Source: a virus (Duplodnaviria; Caudoviricetes). From it: a stretch of 35,338 bases of DNA. The DNA lies in IMG/VR virus record IMGVR_UViG_3300030331_005120, positions 1 through 35,338 of that record. The stretch is one strand, 5' to 3'. The notes below the pieces were generated by a model. That model was given only the letters and a program-made list of their open reading frames with translations, ran no database searches and was not told the DNA's origin. Of the stretch, positions 26,901 to 33,977 are shown in pieces. Position 1 is the first letter of the stretch. Each line of letters starts with the position of its first letter. The position numbers and the translations under genes were made by a program.

Positions 26901-29900
26901 TGGGTTATTACAGAGAGGCTAAGAACATAACGCCCCAACTTCGTCAGGCAGTGGGGCGCGTGGTCAACGAGATCAGGGCTATGGAATCAGGGTTCAGGTA
27001 TCAGCCTACCATGATGGCTTTTGATGCCAACAGCCCCGATGCTCTTATTGAACAATTTAGAAAACAGGTTAATATGAACAAGCCTGTTGAGCGTCCGGAT
27101 GCAGGCTCACCCACACTAGCTTCAGGGATCACGGGTAATCTTGAGGTGGAATACATGGCCGCAGTCGATGCGGGGAATTTGGAGGCCGCTCAGAAGATGG
27201 TGGATGATGCTGCGAAGGCTGCAGGGTATTCTGACAAAGGGGCTAGAGCGGGAGTTTATCGAGATGGGGAACCCCTTCTCCCCAGTCAAAGCGGACTTCT
27301 TGGAGTTGGTTACTATGCAGTCTTAGACGGGAGCAAGAAAGATGTGCGGGAGTTTGCGAGACCAATTGATGCTAACGTAAAAGATGATAAATCTCTCGAA
27401 AGCCGAGTAGATAATGTAGCACTAGACCTTGGGGACAACCCGCTATTTCTCGACTCGACTAGCGGGATTAATAAATACATCAAAGAAAATGGGTTAGTTA
27501 ATGCTTATAATTCTTGGGCAGAGTATCAAGCGACTGTTAATTCCGCATACAAAAAGATCGGGGAAGAACGCCCCGATTCACTAGAAGCAAGAAGAGGCGG
27601 GGGATTTTTTAGTTTCTCCGAAGAACAATTAGCGCAAAAAGAAAAAGAACTGCGAGATCGTGGGTCTTCCGAAGAGTTCATTCGAGAGCAACTAGAATAC
27701 GAAAAAGAAATTCAAAACTATGCGAGCACTCGACCAGACGCGAGCTTCCTTCTTGAAAGAGGTTTTGCGTCCGCAATAATTGTAGATCACAGCAAGACCG
27801 ACGGGCCGCGTGAGCGCAACTTCAAAGAAGTTGTAGTAGCAAATCCCAATCAAATCAAATCCGTAGAAACTGTTACACGAGACGCAGACGGAAACGTAAT
27901 CCCGCTCTCGCAGAGGTTTGATTCCAAACAGACAAGCATCTTGCGTTCAGGGATCACGGGGCAGGCTGGTTCGTTTGGGACAGCGTCGAATCTTCCGTCT
28001 GAGTTTAATTCAGAGGGGGTAGACTACAGCGATTTTGTTTCTGTGCTGGAGCTTCCCTACATTGAAGCCGGTCCTTTCAAGGTAGTCAGAAGCAAGTTCA
28101 AGAAACTATTTGTAGGAGAAACTGATCCTACTGTGCAAAGGTTTGTTCGGCAGCGTGACGCTTTTCTTCGGACATCTGAGAAGATGGTAGAGGAGTATCA
28201 CGATAAATATAAACGCGCTTTAGAGTCGGACTTCCCCGACAAGAACGACATCCCGTGGGAGGAAATACAAGCAGCAGTAGGGTCGTTAGATAACATCGAC
28301 CCCGATCCTGACTTTGCACTGATAGGAAAACGAGACAAGGCCAAGGTAGCCGCGAGCCAAAAGTATCAGTCAGATATGGCCGCACAATACAAAGCACTCG
28401 ATGCTGCCGAGCAGGCCGACATCACCGTAGCTATCGCCACAGAACCTGACCCTGACAAACAGAAGAAACTGATCTCTAAGATTAGAAAAGAAACTCGGGA
28501 TAAGAAGAAAATCGCGAAGGAAGCGCTGAAGCTAAACAGAGAAGCAGCTGCGGAGGCCGCAGATAATACCTATCAACAAGACATCGACACTTCCTTTAAT
28601 GCAAAGAAGGCAGACGCGATTGTGCTCCGCAACCAAGCGTTCTCTAGTTTGCGAGAGAAGGCACCTTCCTTGTTCCCGATCTTGCTAGACCTCCGGCGGC
28701 TGACTGACGACCTATCGAAGCAGGCCAAACGAGCCTTCGGTAAATACAGCAAGAAAGATATCAGCGTAAAGTTCGATAATAACATGGGGCTTTACGTTAC
28801 CCGTAGATACAGGATGTTCTACGAAGCTGACTATGTGGACAGAATCTTGAGCTCCACTAGACAGGCAGACGTTGAAATACGAGAGGCCGCTATCGAGTTC
28901 ATGCGCGACCATTACATCAGGGTAGAGACAGATTCGCTGATGAAGAACAGCGCTCAGCTGTCACTAGCCGATGCTCAAAAAGCAGCTGAAGATAGCTACA
29001 ATAAAAAGTCTAGGGGCCAGAGATCATTGGGGCACCAAATGATTGCAGAGTTCTTGCACTCGTATGACACCGAGCAAGGGGCCGCTGACTTTAAGTCCGC
29101 ATTTGATTTTACAGATAAAACAGAAACGAGGAGCGACAAGTTCTCCAGCAGAGAACTCAAAGCTCTGACCAAGAACTTGGAGGGACGCGCCAACATCCCT
29201 AAGCCGCTGGCGGACCTGATGGGGGCTAACAACATCCCTGAAGAAAGTGTAGACGCGCTGCTATACACGATGGGGACTGTCGCTAAGATCGGATCGCATC
29301 AAACTTTCTTGAACTCGATGCGGCGTTACGGAACTCAAGGAGAGAATCCTTGGCTTCTTACTAGCGCCCAAAGAAAGAAAAAGCTAGAGGATGCAAAGAC
29401 CGACGAGGAGTATCAAAGGCTCATGTCTATGGAACCAATTGTTCCGCAAGGATCTGACAGTCCGTTGAATCCTTTGGCTGGATTGTATGTGGACAAAGAA
29501 ATCCGAGAAGGGCTGTTGCCGTTGTTCCAACAAACAGTCCGCACACCAGAAGACGCATCCTCTCAACTCATGGCGACTCTTCTAAGGGGCGCTCAGAAAG
29601 CAACGGGTAGCGCGATGGCGCTGAAAACTCTAGGTTCGATTGGATTCTATTTGAGGAACGCGCTCAGTAACGTGCTGTTTTTTGGACCCGCACAAGGTCG
29701 GGTGTTCTCCTCAGTCGCAGCTCTAGCTAAAGGCGACCCCTTGAAAGGGACCGGACTATCATTCGGGAGCGCAGCTATGCGTGCGTTCAAAGGAACGAAA
29801 GCAGAGACCAGCGCATATCTGAGAAGTCTGGAGGCGCTCGGAGTATTCGGAGATGAGGTTCGATCTGAAGTAATGATCAAGCTCATGCGCGGAGAAGAGA

Positions 29901-31408
29901 GCTTTGCGAACTTGCAAGATCAACTTGAAGACCTGAACAACCGAGCCCTTAAATCAAAAAGTAAAAAGGTGCTTAGCGAAGCAGGCGCTATGGCGGCGAG
30001 ACTCGGTTCGGCTATGGATTCTTTTTACAAGGTGTCTTATTTCGAGAGTGAGATGGCGACTATTGAGGAAGCCATGGAAGCCGAGAAGTCCATGCCGGAA
30101 AGCAAGCGGACGTTTACGAACATGACCGAGCTTCAACGTAAGCAATATGCAGCGGACATCATCTCAGCTACAGCTCAGTCTTATGCCAGAGCTCTGCCAG
30201 TTATTAAGAAGTTTACAGGCAGCTCGCTTGGTTTGGTAGTGGCTCCGTTCGTCAGGTTCACGGCCGAGGTTCCACGAATCGCGGTGAACACATTCACTCT
30301 CGCTTTGAGGGAAATGAAAAACGATAACCGCGTTATCAAGCGGAGAGGGCAGAAGAGACTGGCGGGCTTCACATCTGTCATGGCTTTCTCTACTGCGATA
30401 CCCGCCTTAATCGCTAAATTAGTTTCTGACATAGGGGAAGAGGAAGACGAAGCCTATCGTATGTCACTGCCACCATACCTAAGAAACCATACGTTCTATT
30501 ACTTTAGAACTTCTGACGCTCCTCTTGGCAAGTTCGCTGGCTTGGTTGGAAAACTGGCGGGCGGTATGAAGACAACCGATGGGGACTTTGTCACGTTGGA
30601 CCTTACCTATCTAAATCCTTTTGCAGTTATAGCTGACCCCATCTTGCGAGCAACCGAGCACATTGTTCGGGGGGAACCTGTCGAGGCAATCGAGAAAGCA
30701 ATCACCACTGCTTTCCTTGAGCCTTACCTTGGGGATCAAATCTTGGCGGGCTCTATCATGGACGTTAGAGAAAACCGGAACGCCAGAACTAACAAGCCGA
30801 TCTTTGAAGAGACCGACGATGTGGCTACAAAGTTAGCCAAGCAGATACTCTATGTCGGCAAGGAAGCCTACGGCCCACGGACGGTTATGAAAGCAATTGA
30901 CGCAATCCAAGCCGCTGGAGGCGTGACCGAGAAGTTCGGGGACTCACCCTTCGGGATACTGATGAGCGAGTTTTACCCCGTGAGATTCCGTCAAGTGAAC
31001 TCAACGGACCAGTTCCGCAATGTCATATTCAGAATGAAGTCGGAGCAGCAACGTGTTAATAGCAGATTTAATTCTCTGCTTAACAAAGGCGCAATGGGAG
31101 AGGGAGAAACTCAGAGAGTTTACGAAGACGTTCTCCGGTCGAGGACCAGAATAAATCTAAAACTTCGGCAAGCCCTGCGAGGATTCAACGGATTCGGTGC
31201 CTCCGCTAAAGACCTCTACGGAGAACTAAGGCGTGCGAAATATGGAGACCGGCGAACCAAGCTCTTGTTCACTGACTTCATGGAGAACCCTGTTCCGTCA
31301 CGCGAGCTGGTCAATAAGCTATTGCAGTCGGAGCAGGGGAGACAACGCCTGCAGTGGATCATGGACATACAGCAAGAGAACCCTCGGTTCCTCCGGCTGG
31401 GTGATTAA
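20903..31408 (+). CDS. 3501-aa giant polyvalent / DNA-ejection protein with zincin metallopeptidase and ADP-ribosyltransferase-like modules
   Basis: Uninterrupted ORF. Gly/Ala-rich hydrophobic N-terminal helices; HELIH at 25721-25735 with downstream DEFIA; degenerate NEEIAH at 26573-26590; YMAAVDAGNLEAAQKMVDDAAKAAGY...EVVVANPNQIKS...DADGNVIPLSQRFD module; helical C-terminal region with PFVRF and YLNPF motifs. Confidence 0.8.
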   Translation: MTEQTDTPTVNTLGFSEWSSANVYDNPLESRLKFGDYLREEYIKADAYTAEIEEGFRKGFVDVLRRDKILNDDGSNFEEVQKQISELEGAPSDDSKDDSFRAQVDSGELPMARLSTGELYVGDAAADMNLVSALKISSDAGVRMQDALAAQAQLAIPDGFKEPLYKIKRIAAAQRFLEEERKQNTEFDIELDGLSTEAAQSEYSTMDWVEHKFNSMGRFGVNILSRVMGRGDEVDAAEKRRKAVDEARGIDMDQLAAKYAVKYDVRPEDMQLALEQMVLENATNKQMFEFHDADDPDVGKNLRLGGYGLPTMSMQAMINKDVFDKTLAANPDLSDDVKTMLNKQRISVLKTQFVDLDKFLSKSAVSDEWNKSLVVGRSAGVDDYKILEGFVADKDNYNEFAQRAAGIGMSFINGFGQLVAALPAALGADPAKDYLASVSQANSDRRQLASVFGQEFGFFQDLGETAFPMLIDISATALLAAGTAPAGGAGGIAYAALKAGGKSSASLTGKGIIKAITSNTLRTSSAKSVADQAEDLIAANFIKGSKEGAIDILKAYNSKLSAQLGNLPAVFIPAGTRSGAATYGAVYNQLKQDPNVTPEEAHDRALGSGLMAMTFTGSLVSGFSLIGKGGLEDALLRGLTTKQMNMVAKSVTDMVEGDLLDAAGKAIKSAMKKHAFGTAKGIGKNVVDEGIEEGIDEFVNTLITDAALDENTPMLERMQQTFHAVALGGVMGGSVPLVRRGLSRLQPDVLKQREQSMFLDQILEDASRELTENGSPITADVFRAIISERGRRDQRRSEVPAPEEAVELLAGDTQETDSESEKLASGITSNPEFEARLTERVNPTTTAKAISEVLAEDTPVVSGLDPSTIEAKGEMMRQLELPLAESSANENSDHAIIRGLIAGQKESPKFNRNQFVDSATVKTQRVIDPSKKEDAEAIEAGFRQIIQEIDEAEALYKKLDRQAQAGDLSSESPAMRALQKNVNEGTAVSPEEAVDLRGDAFKKRVVELEGLKIDEEISFEELQADPEEEAAVQSVIDKGFSEVIAASKLKRLGIPVNERTISDEFIAATNKKISDGISEKFPDVKVSEPQGGLTLSSTYGSGKVYLDRFGNGQFDNNPANMLGLFEQGTPIVVPESVVQSSTVNPAFRFSQIGDNFFVADILIAQNGGVVSALTPFDRVATLQPDYTRTVELLERVVAFRAEGLTDPDEFIPSPFAPDARITKKDLLARLDSGLGMEQFVAPSSGELSPDFQRSALIELRLRAQDALFTNQNVSLISLGREISDLYLQEQKDRVKYSNAAFVSTVSVTSASALQQNEEFNPSAEAEDSYTAFPESTRSFSETGIASILKEAEANAIAAIDADRPLKQTIVNLVNTEVFSSSKKDIGNTSTRKLLGLTMQWMAQGNNRANPASIRFQQALKTGNYRLGGPVREALQIMALSSASVEGSPKTNESYRATLKSKLSKIAGDRDITDSEVIAFHSQVKRSVGKLLLRSQPSGMSRAHDREVNTQDIEELGLKSNDNDSLIEAVKRIAGVSKEGGVDYDANIKAVAKLLLQSPDFLATVDLTIDDTSLEYAGDFEMLIDGTPSISINISGYNPRGVGNTLIHELIHAYVTQVTRKPQSQQSRKEAAAINNLTNLIVKLKEDFKSTSSRGLEPDFVSMLEPFNPVKFDRKVYKFHDTRVYDGLANVDEFIAHFLTSTDFQKFVKSMTASSKTDGNIFQKIISYIRSLIKGSNPTFDSAFSAVLDLSKSSIAETQKKFIASPRAPREPLSTKAIMGQIAESVAQEQRDSVRLASGLGAATGVTETTAIEGFENVERTIEYLRNQIVPPEVEVVVDTNSISMMSVSNDTGVMTINPIKIAAYLASLNAQNGGDPLPLRTQLNVMAVISNEEIAHSAAVKTITTQEQDAIIESMTFADAEQAMSNYGDEGNATTREELLAGWQQGNRSSQVVIMEEYLRQHTQKVVRGFTTEEEVIFLSQNPSILQYVIRYFKRFLKRLGYYREAKNITPQLRQAVGRVVNEIRAMESGFRYQPTMMAFDANSPDALIEQFRKQVNMNKPVERPDAGSPTLASGITGNLEVEYMAAVDAGNLEAAQKMVDDAAKAAGYSDKGARAGVYRDGEPLLPSQSGLLGVGYYAVLDGSKKDVREFARPIDANVKDDKSLESRVDNVALDLGDNPLFLDSTSGINKYIKENGLVNAYNSWAEYQATVNSAYKKIGEERPDSLEARRGGGFFSFSEEQLAQKEKELRDRGSSEEFIREQLEYEKEIQNYASTRPDASFLLERGFASAIIVDHSKTDGPRERNFKEVVVANPNQIKSVETVTRDADGNVIPLSQRFDSKQTSILRSGITGQAGSFGTASNLPSEFNSEGVDYSDFVSVLELPYIEAGPFKVVRSKFKKLFVGETDPTVQRFVRQRDAFLRTSEKMVEEYHDKYKRALESDFPDKNDIPWEEIQAAVGSLDNIDPDPDFALIGKRDKAKVAASQKYQSDMAAQYKALDAAEQADITVAIATEPDPDKQKKLISKIRKETRDKKKIAKEALKLNREAAAEAADNTYQQDIDTSFNAKKADAIVLRNQAFSSLREKAPSLFPILLDLRRLTDDLSKQAKRAFGKYSKKDISVKFDNNMGLYVTRRYRMFYEADYVDRILSSTRQADVEIREAAIEFMRDHYIRVETDSLMKNSAQLSLADAQKAAEDSYNKKSRGQRSLGHQMIAEFLHSYDTEQGAADFKSAFDFTDKTETRSDKFSSRELKALTKNLEGRANIPKPLADLMGANNIPEESVDALLYTMGTVAKIGSHQTFLNSMRRYGTQGENPWLLTSAQRKKKLEDAKTDEEYQRLMSMEPIVPQGSDSPLNPLAGLYVDKEIREGLLPLFQQTVRTPEDASSQLMATLLRGAQKATGSAMALKTLGSIGFYLRNALSNVLFFGPAQGRVFSSVAALAKGDPLKGTGLSFGSAAMRAFKGTKAETSAYLRSLEALGVFGDEVRSEVMIKLMRGEESFANLQDQLEDLNNRALKSKSKKVLSEAGAMAARLGSAMDSFYKVSYFESEMATIEEAMEAEKSMPESKRTFTNMTELQRKQYAADIISATAQSYARALPVIKKFTGSSLGLVVAPFVRFTAEVPRIAVNTFTLALREMKNDNRVIKRRGQKRLAGFTSVMAFSTAIPALIAKLVSDIGEEEDEAYRMSLPPYLRNHTFYYFRTSDAPLGKFAGLVGKLAGGMKTTDGDFVTLDLTYLNPFAVIADPILRATEHIVRGEPVEAIEKAITTAFLEPYLGDQILAGSIMDVRENRNARTNKPIFEETDDVATKLAKQILYVGKEAYGPRTVMKAIDAIQAAGGVTEKFGDSPFGILMSEFYPVRFRQVNSTDQFRNVIFRMKSEQQRVNSRFNSLLNKGAMGEGETQRVYEDVLRSRTRINLKLRQALRGFNGFGASAKDLYGELRRAKYGDRRTKLLFTDFMENPVPSRELVNKLLQSEQGRQRLQWIMDIQQENPRFLRLGD
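27121..27960 (+). repeat. Perfect 15-bp direct repeat TTCAGGGATCACGGG (27121-27135 and 27946-27960) flanking the ART-like module
   Basis: Direct reading; the copies are 825 nt (275 codons) apart, in the same frame. Confidence 0.9.
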
Positions 31409-31668
31409 TTACCCCGCTCCCTGTAATCAGCTATATGTTCTTCCCATTCGCGAGGGTGCTTAGCCCAACCTTCATCAATAGAATAAGCCCCGAAAACGGA
31501 GAGGTCGGATAGGTCTTTACCTTTGAAACAAATTTCAAACATAAGGGGCGCTTCAGACAAGAGATCTTCGGCTACAATCTCCCCATTGTTTACGAACAGT
31601 TTGAATCCCCCGTCAACAGCGGCGGTCTGTAAGATGTTCAGGATCTCTTCTATTCTAGGATTTTTCAT
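31405..31668 (-). CDS. 87-aa hypothetical protein
   Basis: Last gene of the minus-strand operon; its stop overlaps the giant-gene stop (TTAA). Confidence 0.7.
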   Translation of the reverse strand: MKNPRIEEILNILQTAAVDGGFKLFVNNGEIVAEDLLSEAPLMFEICFKGKDLSDLSVFGAYSIDEGWAKHPREWEEHIADYRERGN

Positions 31669-31849
31669 GGGTATCTTCTACGTGCTTTCTAGCGGAGACC
31701 CCGTGACGGAACCCCATGAGGTAAAGGTTACTCAGCTTCTCGCGCAATTGCTGTCGTGTCCAGTTGCGTTGGGCGACGTTCCCGAGGATGGAATCCTCCA
31801 GCTCGGAGTGCTCAACAGCATGGCTATCAATTAGTTGGTGTATCGTCAT
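31655..31849 (-). CDS. 64-aa hypothetical protein
   Basis: Tiled with short overlaps in the operon. Confidence 0.65.
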   Translation of the reverse strand: MTIHQLIDSHAVEHSELEDSILGNVAQRNWTRQQLREKLSNLYLMGFRHGVSARKHVEDTHEKS

Positions 31850-32054
31850 AAAATAAAATCTTGTTAAGGCGGGCGGCTATATTGTTCCGAGTCTTCTTGT
31901 CCGTGAGTGGAGATGCGGGGAGCACCTTGTCATCAAAGACAGGATACAGTTTGCAGGTTTCAGGGTTCACGGGATCGTCATCAAAGTATTCTCCTTGGAT
32001 CAGCATGGGCATCCCGTTCGGGTAGAGCTCTCGGACAATGTGCTTAAACTCCAT
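31827..32054 (-). CDS. 75-aa hypothetical protein
   Basis: Tiled with short overlaps in the operon. Confidence 0.65.
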   Translation of the reverse strand: MEFKHIVRELYPNGMPMLIQGEYFDDDPVNPETCKLYPVFDDKVLPASPLTDKKTRNNIAARLNKILFYDDTPTN

Positions 32055-33342
32055 GTAAAGTTTTGAGGTTATTGAGCCGCCGCCCGATGGACCGCATTAC
32101 GTGCTCCTCGATTGAATCGTTGGCGACCAGAACTTTCTGGAGAGCATCGCTCTTACCACCGTTGCGGTGGATACGCCCGAGCACCTGCTTGTATGTCTTG
32201 CAGTTGAACGTCGGCGAGATCAGTGAGACGCGAGGGCGGTTGCCAATCGTATCGTGGAGCGAGATGCCCGTCCCGCCAGCGGCAGCATTGACCGCAATGC
32301 AGTGGGTCTTGTCCGCTTGGAAATCGTCGATCACCCGCTGACGATCCGCCGCCGTCTGAGTCCCGTCGATGAACTCGCACTTGAGTCGGATGCGTAGCGC
32401 TTCAATGGTCGCGCTGTAATTTACAAATATAACCACTGACTTACCCTCATCCATCAAGTCCTCGGCCATCTCGGCGAGATCCACCACCTTGAATGATTCG
32501 GCCAGCTGGCGAGCCCGAGTGATGTTAGCGAGGACGTGATCCCGATCAGTGACCGTGCCCTTCTCGATGTAATCCTCAACAATATCTGGCGTGATACCAA
32601 GATCGTCATACGCCTTGATGATCTTTTTGTTCTCGCGGAAATTGATTGGCACGGTGAACACGCGGTTCTCTTTGAAGGCAGCGGGGAAATCATCCACCGT
32701 CAAACGGTGAGTGCTCTCGGCATACATCTTTGCTCGTAGCTTTGGTAGGTAATACCCGTCCTGTAAAACCCAAGCACCCCACTCATTCTTCTCGCATCCA
32801 TACTGGCGCATCCATGGCCACCACCGTTTCATCCCGTCCACCTTGACATCTCCGCTGTGCAGTCCGAGCGCCCACCCGAGGGGACGCATCTCGGTAGGGT
32901 CTTCGCAACTGGTGCCGGACATACTGTGAATAGTAAATCCCTGTTTAACGAGCGCGATAAACAGCGCGGCGTTCTGAGTGAACGGGCCTTTGCACTTGTG
33001 AACCTCATCCACAAAGACAACCGTGTCTGGATCGAGCAACCACTTGAACGCTTTCTTTCCTACCTTGGAAACGTGGGCGGTCTTACCTGTGCGTAAACTT
33101 TCTAAGTTAAGGACGAACACTGGTTGGACTCCCTCCTCTTCTAGCTCCCTCTCCCAAGATGGGATCACCGCCTTCGGGCAAATGACTGCGACGGGGCGAG
33201 GAGACAAAGCGGACGCCAGCTTGCAGGCGACAACCGTCTTGCCTGTGCCAGTGTCAGACTGATCTAAGGTAGACTTGCGCCGTAACAAACGGCCGAGGAA
33301 GAACTGAAAGATACCAACTTGCTTAGGGAATAATGTCTTCAT
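32044..33342 (-). CDS. Superfamily 2 (SNF2/DEAH-like) helicase
   Basis: Q motif LFPKQ, TGTGKT, VICP, DEVH, SGT, GGTGISLH, QVLGRIHR. Confidence 0.92.
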   Translation of the reverse strand: MKTLFPKQVGIFQFFLGRLLRRKSTLDQSDTGTGKTVVACKLASALSPRPVAVICPKAVIPSWERELEEEGVQPVFVLNLESLRTGKTAHVSKVGKKAFKWLLDPDTVVFVDEVHKCKGPFTQNAALFIALVKQGFTIHSMSGTSCEDPTEMRPLGWALGLHSGDVKVDGMKRWWPWMRQYGCEKNEWGAWVLQDGYYLPKLRAKMYAESTHRLTVDDFPAAFKENRVFTVPINFRENKKIIKAYDDLGITPDIVEDYIEKGTVTDRDHVLANITRARQLAESFKVVDLAEMAEDLMDEGKSVVIFVNYSATIEALRIRLKCEFIDGTQTAADRQRVIDDFQADKTHCIAVNAAAGGTGISLHDTIGNRPRVSLISPTFNCKTYKQVLGRIHRNGGKSDALQKVLVANDSIEEHVMRSIGRRLNNLKTLHGV

Positions 33343-33359
33343 TAGTTTTAAGTGGGCTT

Positions 33360-33387
33360 AGTATATCTGGGGGAAATAATATGTCAA
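33360..33387 (-). promoter_or_regulatory. sigma70-like promoter TTGACA-N16-TATACT driving the helicase operon
   Basis: Reverse complement of 33382-33387 and 33360-33365; A-rich tract upstream of the -35 box. Confidence 0.7.
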
Positions 33388-33395
33388 CCCCTTTT

Positions 33396-33404
33396 TGGTA
33401 TAAT
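33396..33404 (+). promoter_or_regulatory. Extended -10 element TGGTATAAT, divergent from the helicase promoter
   Basis: Perfect TGnTATAAT, 10 nt before the structured element. Confidence 0.45.
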
Positions 33405-33414
33405 CTTTTTAAGA

Positions 33415-33490
33415 AAGTCGCACGGGTGTTTCATTAGGGACTAAGCTACCCCGTCGCGGGATCTCCCCGCGCACCATGCCCGTGCGACTT
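33415..33490. ncRNA. Structured intergenic element (candidate small RNA or large-loop terminator)
   Basis: 12-bp perfect outer stem AAGTCGCACGGG/CCCGTGCGACTT enclosing an inner CGCGGG-ATCTC-CCCGCG hairpin. Confidence 0.45.
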
Positions 33491-33494
33491 AAAG

Positions 33495-33608
33495 TTAAGA
33501 ACTTAAATATGAGATAAGCGAAAGTCCTGCATGAATCAAGAGGAGTGACGCAACAAAGACAGCGGCCACCAAGGGCACAGCTTCGTAAACAGATAATTCT
33601 TTTTTCAT
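33495..33608 (-). CDS. 37-aa single-TM membrane protein (MKKELSVYEAVPLVAAVFVASLLLIHAGLSLISYLSS)
   Basis: ATG 1 nt after the upstream stop; hydrophobic. Confidence 0.55.
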   Translation of the reverse strand: MKKELSVYEAVPLVAAVFVASLLLIHAGLSLISYLSS

Positions 33609-33609
33609 G

Positions 33610-33771
33610 TTAAAGCGCGTGGTCGAATTCGACTTTCTCTCTAACTTGCGATATCCGGCATCCGAAAGCGAAGTCCAGCTTGCCGTCCTCTTCAGCTCTC
33701 GTGAGTAGCGACAGGATGAGACGGGCTTGCGTTTCATTATCGGTGGTGATGTTTAGGGTAGCTCCTTCCAT
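33610..33771 (-). CDS. 53-aa hypothetical protein (MEGATLNITTDNETQARLILSLL...); not in ORF track
   Basis: Manual translation; tiles the operon. Confidence 0.6.
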   Translation of the reverse strand: MEGATLNITTDNETQARLILSLLTRAEEDGKLDFAFGCRISQVREKVEFDHAL

Positions 33772-33786
33772 TGTTCAGGGATCGGG

Positions 33787-33942
33787 TTACAGGGTGCGGA
33801 GCAAATATCGTATGGCCTCTATCCTCGGGGATAGCGCGGAGTGTTCTTCCGCGAGTGACTTGAGCTCCTCATTGATCACATACATTGCGGACCTTTTTCT
33901 AAGGAGGGGTAGCCACTTAACTACGTTAATAATTTTACTCAC
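33787..33942 (-). CDS. 51-aa hypothetical protein (MSKIINVVKWLPLLRKRSAM...); not in ORF track
   Basis: Manual translation; GTG lies 6 nt after TATAAT; in-frame ATG 33957 is an alternative start. Confidence 0.55.
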   Translation of the reverse strand: MSKIINVVKWLPLLRKRSAMYVINEELKSLAEEHSALSPRIEAIRYLLRTL

Positions 33943-33948
33943 AAAAAA

Positions 33949-33976
33949 ATTATACATATCTCTAACAGAATGTCCA
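33949..33976 (-). promoter_or_regulatory. sigma70-like promoter TGGACA-N16-TATAAT, 6 nt upstream of GTG 33942 (leaderless)
   Basis: Reverse complement of 33971-33976 and 33949-33954. Confidence 0.6.
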
Positions 33977-33977
33977 A

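Noticed and set aside
21043-30432. Many minus-strand ORFs inside the giant gene, and similar shadow ORFs over other long genes
   Set aside because: They are Ser/Leu/Phe-rich antisense mirrors of real codons, with no motifs or expression signals.
20903-31408. Giant ORF as a virion RNA polymerase (N4- or crAss-like)
   Set aside because: I found no convincing DxDGD or single-subunit RNAP motif set. The recognisable motifs are zincin and ART-like.
33415-33490. tRNA, hammerhead or HDV-like ribozyme
   Set aside because: No TTC T-loop or cloverleaf, no intact CUGAnGA/GAAA core, and I could not build a nested double pseudoknot. Kept only as a generic structured element.
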